A DNA stretch of 64,000 nt from an uncultured Gemmatimonadales bacterium. GTDB lineage: Bacteria; Gemmatimonadota; Gemmatimonadetes; Gemmatimonadales; GWC2-71-9. The position numbers and the translations under genes were made by a program. Below the pieces are notes generated by a model. It saw only the letters and a list, made by a program, of their open reading frames with translations, was not told the origin of the DNA and searched no databases. The DNA lies in NCBI GenBank assembly GCA_963779755.1, contig CAVZZO010000003.1, positions 1,746,633-1,810,632 on the forward strand, in the 5' to 3' direction. The first letter of the stretch is position 1, and each line of letters begins with the position of its first letter. Positions 18,780 through 25,513 of this stretch are shown piece after piece.

Positions 18780-18806
18780 GTCGATCGGGCGGGAGCGGAA
18801 TCGACA
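18780..18806 (-). promoter_or_regulatory. candidate ECF-type promoter TGTCGA-N16-TCGAC upstream of the second YciI gene
   Basis: Minus-strand TGTCGA (18806-18801), a 16-nt spacer, TCGAC (18784-18780). It lies 63 nt upstream of ATG 18716. Confidence 0.6.
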
Positions 18807-19159
18807 TCCCCGCCGGGGAGCGGACACCGTCTTGTCCGGTCTCTTCATCCCGGGTTCCCGCTCTCTTCACGTTCCCGCCGGTAAGTTTAGCCCTGTCGTT
18901 CCGTCGCCGTGCACGGCGGCGGGCGGCCGGTGGGGGAGTTTCGCAGAACCCCACCCGCATCAGGCCGGCGTGCTGATGCGCCCTATCGGATCCAGGATGC
19001 GACCTGGCGACCGACAGCGCCCGCAACGGAACCCCGTGTACCGTAAGGTCAACGCGGGAACCGGTGCCTCCAAAGCCCACCGACGGATCCTGTACGGGGT
19101 CCGGCGAAGCGGAGGAGAGAAGAACGGAGCCCAAACCTCCGACCCGGATGACCGATGCG

Positions 19160-19196
19160 CATCGGGGCGGCCCGTCAGAGACGAGCCGCCCCGATG
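19160..19196 (+). terminator. strong isolated hairpin (12-bp perfect stem) in a gene-free region
   Basis: CATCGGGGCGGC / GCCGCCCCGATG with a 13-nt loop, followed by ATTTAT. Confidence 0.45.
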
Positions 19197-19353
19197 ATTT
19201 ATGTCCGCAGATTACACAGAAATCGGTCCCACAGATTACGGGATTGATTCCGCCCAGCGGTCGTCTCCGATGCGGCCCGCGGCCGGCCCTCCTGGGGGGT
19301 GGACTCATGTTTCGCCCTTCGGCCGCTGAGCGAAGCCGCGACAGACTCCTCCC

Positions 19354-19838
19354 GAAGATGATCCGGTATGGGGCGCAGCTCTGCGGAGCGAAGAACGAGG
19401 CTCGGAGCAATCTGTGTAATCCGTGGATCACACATGATAAACTGTCTTCTCAGAAGATGATCCCGGTGTGGGGCGCAGCTCTGCGGAGCACGAACGAGGC
19501 TCGGAGCAATCTGTGTAATCCGTGGATCACACATGATAAACTGTCTTCTCATAAGATGATCCGGTATGGGGCGCAGCTCTGCGGAGCACGAACGAGGCTC
19601 GGAGCAATCTGTGTAATCTGTGGATCACACATGATAAACTGTCTTCTCAGAAGATGATCCGGTATGGGGCGCAGCTCTGCGGAGCACGAACGAGGCTCGG
19701 AGCAATCTGTGTAATCTGTGGATCACACATGATAAACTGTCTTCTCAGAAGATGATCCGGTATGGGGCGCAGCTCTGCGGAGCACGAACGAGGCTCGGAG
19801 CAATCTGTGTAATCTGTGGATCACACATGATAAACTGT
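19354..19838. repeat. tandem repeat, 5 copies of a 98-99 bp unit
   Basis: Units start at 19354, 19453, 19552, 19650 and 19748 and are nearly identical. Each contains TGTGTAATC-N4-GATCACACA. The unit is about 52% G+C by hand count. Confidence 0.95.
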
Positions 19839-19984
19839 GATCTCACACCGGACCCATCCTTCAAGTCACCGGACTGCCCGCCCACCCCAGGACAACAGCA
19901 ACGGATCACCCGGAGAAACCCGGGTGACCCGTCCAGAGGTGAAGCAATCCAGATATCCGGGGATTGCTCCGGCAGAGCTCTGTT

Positions 19985-20710
19985 TTACATCTTCTTCGGC
20001 GGCAACAGCACCGCGTCAATCACGTGAATGATGCCGTTACTGGCCGGCACGTCGGCGGCGATCACGTTGGCGGACTTGTCGCCCACATGGACCTTGTCAC
20101 CCGCCAGGTGAATCCGCAGATCACTCCCCTGCACCGTCTTGAGCGTCACGTACCCGTCCTTGTCTGCCCGGGTCTTGAGGTCGGCGGCGGTGAGGCGGCC
20201 GGCCACTACATGATAGGTCAGCACTGAAGTCAGCGCGGCCTTGTCCTGGAGCAGCCCGGCCAGAGTGCCTTCCGGCAGCTTCGCAAAGGCGGAGTCGGTC
20301 GGCGCAAAAACGGTGAACGGTCCGGCGCTGTTAAGCGTCTCCACCAGGCCGGCCGCGGTCACCGCGGTCACCAGCGTATTGAACTGGCCCGCCCCCACCG
20401 CGGTCTCTACGATCGTTCCGGGCGGCGCCATGTCCGGCATCTGCGCCTGCGCCGGCGTCACTGCAACCAGCGCCAGCAGGGCCGCGGCTGCCATCGCTGG
20501 GGCGCGTCTCATCCAGCGCTGCTGAATCGCCTTCCACTGGAACACCTGCCAGACCGCCGAAACACCCACCAGCAGATACACGACCCGGCTCAGGGCGCTG
20601 CCGGTGCCGAAGAGCGCGCCCACCACATCAGGCCCGCCCGCCCCGATCAGCCCCCAGTTCAGACCGCCAATCACTAACAGCACGGCGGCCAGGATATCGA
20701 GCTTCTTCAT
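19985..20710 (-). CDS. DUF378-like membrane domain fused in frame to a fasciclin (FAS1) domain
   Basis: The N-terminus [23 protein letters not shown] is DUF378-like. An internal [24 protein letters not shown] looks like a signal peptide. A FAS1 body follows ([26 protein letters not shown]). Confidence 0.75.
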   Translation of the reverse strand: MKKLDILAAVLLVIGGLNWGLIGAGGPDVVGALFGTGSALSRVVYLLVGVSAVWQVFQWKAIQQRWMRRAPAMAAAALLALVAVTPAQAQMPDMAPPGTIVETAVGAGQFNTLVTAVTAAGLVETLNSAGPFTVFAPTDSAFAKLPEGTLAGLLQDKAALTSVLTYHVVAGRLTAADLKTRADKDGYVTLKTVQGSDLRIHLAGDKVHVGDKSANVIAADVPASNGIIHVIDAVLLPPKKM

Positions 20711-20730
20711 GATTACAGCCCCCTTTTTGT

Positions 20731-20838
20731 GGTAAACGTTCGTCTAGCTCCTGTCCAAGAAACTAAGCCGAGTAGCTGGTAATGTCAAGCATTTGTTTAA
20801 CTATTTAGCTTGACATGAGTTAGACGGCAGCGTATTAT
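20731..20838. promoter_or_regulatory. divergent promoter/operator region
   Basis: Plus strand: TTGACA 20810-20815, 17-nt spacer, TATTAT 20833-20838, then 7 nt to ATG 20846. Inverted repeat ATGTCAAGC (20782-20790) / GCTTGACAT (20808-20816). Outer pair CGTCTA (20731) / TAGACG (20821). Confidence 0.7.
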
Positions 20839-20845
20839 TGCCACC

Positions 20846-21790
20846 ATGAACGACATGCCAACATCCGACCGTCTGTTGCCCCGGCATCCCGTCCGCGTGG
20901 TGGCCAACCGCAGCGGCCTCTCACCCCACGTGCTCCGGGCCTGGGAGCGGCGCTATGGCGTGGTCGTGCCGACCCGCAGCGAGGGAGGGCAGCGGCTCTA
21001 TAGTGATGAGGACCTCGAGCGGCTCACCCTGCTCCACGGCCTCACCGCCGACGGCGCCGCCATCAGCCAGGTGGCCCGACTCCCCCTGGCCGAGCTGCGC
21101 CGGCTGGCCCTGGCGCGCCCGGCCCATGAGGCCGCGACCGATGGCGAGGACCTGGCCGCGGCGCGCACGGCTGCGCTTGAAGCGGCGCAGGCACTCGACG
21201 CCGCCCGGCTCCGGCGCATGCTGGAGCGGGGCGCCGTCGTGCTGGGAGTCCCCACGTTGCTGGAAGAGGTGGTGGGTCCGCTGCTGGTGCAGATCGGTGA
21301 GCTGTGGCATGCCGGCCGGATGACCATCGCCCAGGAGCACTTCGCAACCGCGGTGGTGCGCCGGATGCTGGGCTGGATCTTCGAAATGGCCCAACCCGAC
21401 ACCTCGGCACCGGTGCTGCTATCGGCGACGCCCGAGGGCCAGATCCACGAGGGTGGAGCCCTGCTCGCCGCCGCCACGGCGGCCGGAGCGGGGTGGCGGG
21501 TGATCTACCTGGGCGCCGCGCTCCCCGCCGCCGAAATCGCCCGGGCCGCGGCAGGCACCGCGGCGCGGGTGGTGGCGCTGAGTCTGGTCTATCCTGCTGC
21601 TCTCCCGGAGACCGCCCGGGAGATTCGTGCCTTGCGTGCGGCCCTCCCCGCCGGCACCATCCTGCTGGTGGGCGGCAGCGCCGCCCCCGGGTATGCCGAA
21701 GAGATCGCGGAAGCCGGGGGGCAGGTCATCGCCGACCTGCCCGGCCTGCGCGCCGCGCTGCATACGCTGCGGAATGGCGCGCGGCCGTGA
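20846..21790 (+). CDS. MerR-family regulator with C-terminal B12-binding domain (CarH/LitR-like)
   Basis: MerR HTH (VRVVANRSGLSPHVLRAWERRYGVV). Wx9EH motif (WHAGRMTIAQEH). B12-loop-like QIHEGG. Rossmann-like LSLVYP...LVGG. Confidence 0.8.
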   Translation: MNDMPTSDRLLPRHPVRVVANRSGLSPHVLRAWERRYGVVVPTRSEGGQRLYSDEDLERLTLLHGLTADGAAISQVARLPLAELRRLALARPAHEAATDGEDLAAARTAALEAAQALDAARLRRMLERGAVVLGVPTLLEEVVGPLLVQIGELWHAGRMTIAQEHFATAVVRRMLGWIFEMAQPDTSAPVLLSATPEGQIHEGGALLAAATAAGAGWRVIYLGAALPAAEIARAAAGTAARVVALSLVYPAALPETAREIRALRAALPAGTILLVGGSAAPGYAEEIAEAGGQVIADLPGLRAALHTLRNGARP

Positions 21791-23253
21791 CCACTTCCCG
21801 CCTGGTCCTGCTCACCGGTGCCACCGGTTACGTGGGCGGCCGGCTGCGCGCCGCACTCGAAACGCAGGGGCGCCCGCTCCGGTGCATGACCCGCCGTCCG
21901 GAACACCTGCGCCCCAGGGTGGCAGCGGCTACCGAGGTGGTGGCCGGCGATGTCCTGAACCCCTCCTCGTTGCCGGCCGCCCTGGCGGGGGTGGATACGG
22001 CGTACTACCTGGTCCACTCGATGGAGACGGCCGGCTCGTTCAGCGAGGCCGACCGCGCCGGCGCTCGCAACTTCGCGCAGGCCGCCCGCAACGCCGGCGT
22101 GCGGCGCGTGATCTATCTGGGAGGACTGGGCCGGGGCGAGGCGCTCTCCACTCACCTGGACAGCCGGCAGGAGGTGGGCCGCATTCTGCGGGACGAGGGC
22201 GTGGACACGATCGAGCTGCGCGCCTCGATCATCATCGGCTCCGGGAGCGTCTCGTTCGAGATGATCCGCGCGCTGGTGGAGACGCTGCCGGTCATGGTGA
22301 CGCCCCGCTGGGTGGGGACCCTCACCCAGCCCATCGCGATCGAAGACGTGATCGCCTATCTGATCGAGGCGCTGGGTCTGGAGCGCGCCGGGAGCACCAT
22401 CTTCGAGATCGGGGGCCCCGACCGGGTGTCCTACGGCGGCCTGATGCGGGAGTACGCCCGGCAGCGGGGGCTCACCCGGTACTTCATTCCCGTCCCCGTG
22501 TTGACCCCGCGCCTCTCCAGCCTCTGGCTCCGGCTGGTAACGCCGCTCTACGCCCGGGTGGGTCGCGCGCTGATCGAGGGGCTGCGCAACGAGACGGTGG
22601 TGCACGACGAGGCCGGGCTGCGCACCTTCAGTATCACGCCGCTGGGGATGGCCGCCGCCGTCGCCCGGGCCTTGGTGAACGAGGACCAGGCCTTCGCCGC
22701 CACCCGCTGGTCGGATGCGTGGCCGGCAGCCGGCTTCCGCCGTGGCTGGGGCGGCGTGCGCTTCGGCACCCGGCTGGTGGATTCCCGGTGTGCCGCCGTG
22801 GCGTGCGATCCCGCCGCTGCCTTTGCGCCGGTCCGGCGGATCGGCGGCGACACCGGCTGGTATAACGCCGGCTTTCTCTGGCGACTGCGCGGCTGGCTCG
22901 ACCTGCTGGTGGGCGGTCCCGGCATGCGCCGCGGCCGGCGCGATCCGGAGCACCTGCAGCCCGGCGACACCCTGGACTTCTGGCGGGTGGAGACCTGCGA
23001 ACCCGACCGGCTGCTAAGGCTCGCCGCCGAGATGCGGCTGCCGGGCCGGGCGTGGCTGCAGTTCGAGGTGAGCCCGAACGGCCGGGGCAGTACCATCCGC
23101 CAGACCGCCATCTTCGATCCCGCCGGGCTGGCGGGGCAGCTCTACTGGTACGGGCTCTGGCCGCTGCACCAGCTGGTGTTCGGGGGAATGCTGAAGGCGG
23201 TGGCCCGGGAGGCGATGGCTCAGGCCGTTCCCGCCGCCGGATCCTGCCGGTAG
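21787..23253 (+). CDS. NAD(P)-binding SDR/NmrA-like domain fused to a DUF2867-like C-terminal domain
   Basis: GTG 21787 overlaps the regulator stop (GTGA). LLTGATGYVGGRL Rossmann motif. C-terminal region with ...FWRVE...LRLAAEMRLPGRAWLQFEV. Confidence 0.7.
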   Translation: MTTSRLVLLTGATGYVGGRLRAALETQGRPLRCMTRRPEHLRPRVAAATEVVAGDVLNPSSLPAALAGVDTAYYLVHSMETAGSFSEADRAGARNFAQAARNAGVRRVIYLGGLGRGEALSTHLDSRQEVGRILRDEGVDTIELRASIIIGSGSVSFEMIRALVETLPVMVTPRWVGTLTQPIAIEDVIAYLIEALGLERAGSTIFEIGGPDRVSYGGLMREYARQRGLTRYFIPVPVLTPRLSSLWLRLVTPLYARVGRALIEGLRNETVVHDEAGLRTFSITPLGMAAAVARALVNEDQAFAATRWSDAWPAAGFRRGWGGVRFGTRLVDSRCAAVACDPAAAFAPVRRIGGDTGWYNAGFLWRLRGWLDLLVGGPGMRRGRRDPEHLQPGDTLDFWRVETCEPDRLLRLAAEMRLPGRAWLQFEVSPNGRGSTIRQTAIFDPAGLAGQLYWYGLWPLHQLVFGGMLKAVAREAMAQAVPAAGSCR

Positions 23254-24071
23254 ATCCCACGCAACTGGCGGTACAGTTCCTCGTACTCCGCTTTCAGCTC
23301 CTTCGGCCGTTCGAAGAACGCCTCGGTGGCCACCGCGAAGAACTCCGAGGGGTTGGTGGCGCCATACGGGTCGAGCACCGAGTCCGCATGGCCGGCCACC
23401 GCAATACAGTGCCGGTCATAACTCTCTCCCAGGATGCGCCGCCACTCCGGCCGGTCGGCCCCGCTTGAGGGCGCCAGCAGGCTTCCCTGCTCCGTCAGAT
23501 GAAGCTGGAAGTTGATGAGATGGGCAAACTCGTGGATCACCACATTGTGCCCGTCGGAGGAATCTCCCCCTCCCAGCATGGCGGCATCCCAGGCGATCAC
23601 CACGTTGCCGTTGTTCCATGCTTCGCCCAGTTCGCCCAGCGGCGGCTCCGGGACGCTGCCGCCGTGCCACTTGCGGGGGTCGGGTGCGCGTTCCGCGAGG
23701 AACGCCGAAGGATAGACCAGCACCGTCCGCAGCCCCGGGTAGGCCTCGCCCGGCATCTCCAGGGTGAGCAGACACGCCTGAGTGGCGATAACCAGCTGCA
23801 TATCCCGGGTGAGGGTGAGCCCGCCGGCGCCCGCCCAGTCGCACCCCGCCATCAGATCGCGCGCCGCCTGCAGCAGCCGTTCCCGCTGGCCGGCGGAGAG
23901 CGCCCGCACCGCGGCCACCTTCTCCCCCACACCGCTGATCCATGCCTGGGGCATCGGTTCGCGGTATTCGCGCACAGCTCGCCGGACCACCAACCGGCGG
24001 ATCGGCGGGCCCAGGAGATACAGAGCGGCGCCGAAGAAGAGGGCGACGAGAAGGGCGAGGAACCAGGCCAT
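23220..24071 (-). CDS. MtfA-like (M90) zinc-dependent peptidase with an N-terminal TM anchor
   Basis: 283 aa. HEFAH motif (VVIHEFAHLINF) and ...EFFAVATEAFFERP are typical of MtfA/DUF980. Confidence 0.7.
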   Translation of the reverse strand: MAWFLALLVALFFGAALYLLGPPIRRLVVRRAVREYREPMPQAWISGVGEKVAAVRALSAGQRERLLQAARDLMAGCDWAGAGGLTLTRDMQLVIATQACLLTLEMPGEAYPGLRTVLVYPSAFLAERAPDPRKWHGGSVPEPPLGELGEAWNNGNVVIAWDAAMLGGGDSSDGHNVVIHEFAHLINFQLHLTEQGSLLAPSSGADRPEWRRILGESYDRHCIAVAGHADSVLDPYGATNPSEFFAVATEAFFERPKELKAEYEELYRQLRGIYRQDPAAGTA

Positions 24072-24138
24072 GGAGAGGAGCCGGGAGCCGGGAGTCGGGA
24101 GTGAAGGGTTTCAGTCCAGGGCCGGCAAGGACGCCGGC

Positions 24139-24438
24139 TCAGCGATACAGTATGCTCACGCTTTCGATGTGTTCCGACAGATGGCGGTCCAGGTATCCGA
24201 TGAACGACTGCAGCAACTGCCACTCCGACTCCTCCGGACTGACCACCTCGGCGACGAGAATGCCTCCGGGCACCGACTCCCACTTGATCGAGCCTTTGTA
24301 GGTCTTGTGCTGCCACCTGCCCGGTGCTTTCCGGAAGAAGGTCGTCCGGGACCCGCGCAGTTCTCTTTCCTTGGCATTGAGCAGGGACTTGAGTCGCCCT
24401 TCGATGTCCCGGCGAGGTACCACCTGCAAGATCTTCAT
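24139..24438 (-). CDS. hypothetical protein (99 aa)
   Basis: ATG 24438 preceded by AAGGAG. It lies upstream of the MtfA-like gene on the same strand. No family recognised. Confidence 0.5.
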   Translation of the reverse strand: MKILQVVPRRDIEGRLKSLLNAKERELRGSRTTFFRKAPGRWQHKTYKGSIKWESVPGGILVAEVVSPEESEWQLLQSFIGYLDRHLSEHIESVSILYR

Positions 24439-24624
24439 TCGGAAGCTCCTTTGCAGTACGGGTGACCCGGGTATTCCGGCGGCGGCATGGGATTGCTCAA
24501 GTCTTTCACGGAAATCCTGTTGCGCAAGCACCTTTCGGGTCATATTCGGCATGCGGTGGAGCCTCTGATCCGGTGCTCGGGCCGTTCCGTTTCTATTATC
24601 ATTAGCCCCAACCCCCGGCCATCC

Positions 24625-25446
24625 ATGCCTGCTGATCAAGCCACCAGGGCGCTGCGCTTCCAGGCGCTCCATGCCCGCCCCGCCGCGTTCATCATCCCCA
24701 ACCCCTGGGACGCCGGGTCGGCCCGGATTCTCCAGTCCCTGGGATTCGAAGCGCTCACCACCACCAGCGCCGGAGCGGCCTTCGCGCTGGGAAAGCGGGA
24801 CGGGGAGATGACCCGGGCCGAAGCACTGGCCAACGCGAAGATGATCGTAGACGCCACCGACCTGCCGGTCGCGGCCGACCTGGAAAACGGCTACGGCGAT
24901 ACGCCCGGCGACGCGGCCGATACGATCCGCCGGGCGGCCCAGGCCGGGCTGGTGGGAGGGTCGATCGAGGACTTCAGCCGCGACCGGGCCCGGCCGATCT
25001 ATGATCTCCAGCATGCCACGGAGCGCATCGCCGCCGCCGCCGAGGCGGCGCACGCGTTGCCTTTCCCCTTCATGCTGGTGGGGCGGGCGGAGAACTTCCT
25101 GCACGGCCGGCCCGATCTGGACGACACTATCCGGCGGCTCCAGGCGTACGAAGCCGCCGGCGCCGACGCGCTCTTCGCTCCCGGCCTCACTACGGAAGCA
25201 CAGATTCGTACGGTCTGTGCGTCGGTGACCAGGCCGGTGAACGTGGTCATGGGCCTGCGCGGCTCGCCCCTCTCGGTTGCCCGGCTCGCCGAGCTGGGCG
25301 TGCGGCGGATCAGCCTGGGCTCGACCCTGGCCCGAGCGGCCCTCGGCGCCCTCATTGGTGCGGGGCGTGAAATGATGGACGAGGGAACGTTCACCTTTGC
25401 CGAAGCGGCGCTGCCATTCGCTGAGGCGAGCGCGCTCATGGCCTGA
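24625..25446 (+). CDS. isocitrate lyase / PEP mutase superfamily protein (2-methylisocitrate-lyase-like)
   Basis: Start at ATG 24625. FIIPNPWDAGSARI, TTSAG, DLENGYGD, GGSIED motifs. Confidence 0.75.
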   Translation: MPADQATRALRFQALHARPAAFIIPNPWDAGSARILQSLGFEALTTTSAGAAFALGKRDGEMTRAEALANAKMIVDATDLPVAADLENGYGDTPGDAADTIRRAAQAGLVGGSIEDFSRDRARPIYDLQHATERIAAAAEAAHALPFPFMLVGRAENFLHGRPDLDDTIRRLQAYEAAGADALFAPGLTTEAQIRTVCASVTRPVNVVMGLRGSPLSVARLAELGVRRISLGSTLARAALGALIGAGREMMDEGTFTFAEAALPFAEASALMA

Positions 25447-25513
25447 GGCGCGAATTGTTCGCCTGCGCGAGGGGCATTATGCTCCACCCGACTTGCCCCT
25501 GCGAACGAACACC

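Noticed and set aside
19354-19838. Possible CRISPR array
   Set aside because: The whole 98-99 bp unit is repeated. There are no unique spacers between short repeats and no cas genes in the window.
19358-19850. Tandem 33-codon Cys-rich ORFs (MIRYGAQLCGARTRLGAICVICGSHMINCLLRR) with ATGA overlaps in units 3-5 of the tandem repeat
   Set aside because: Units 1-2 carry 1-nt indels that change the reading frame of the second half, so conservation is at the nucleotide level and not the peptide level. There is no Shine-Dalgarno sequence. The codons ATA, AGA and CTT are atypical for this high-GC genome. It is therefore treated as non-coding.
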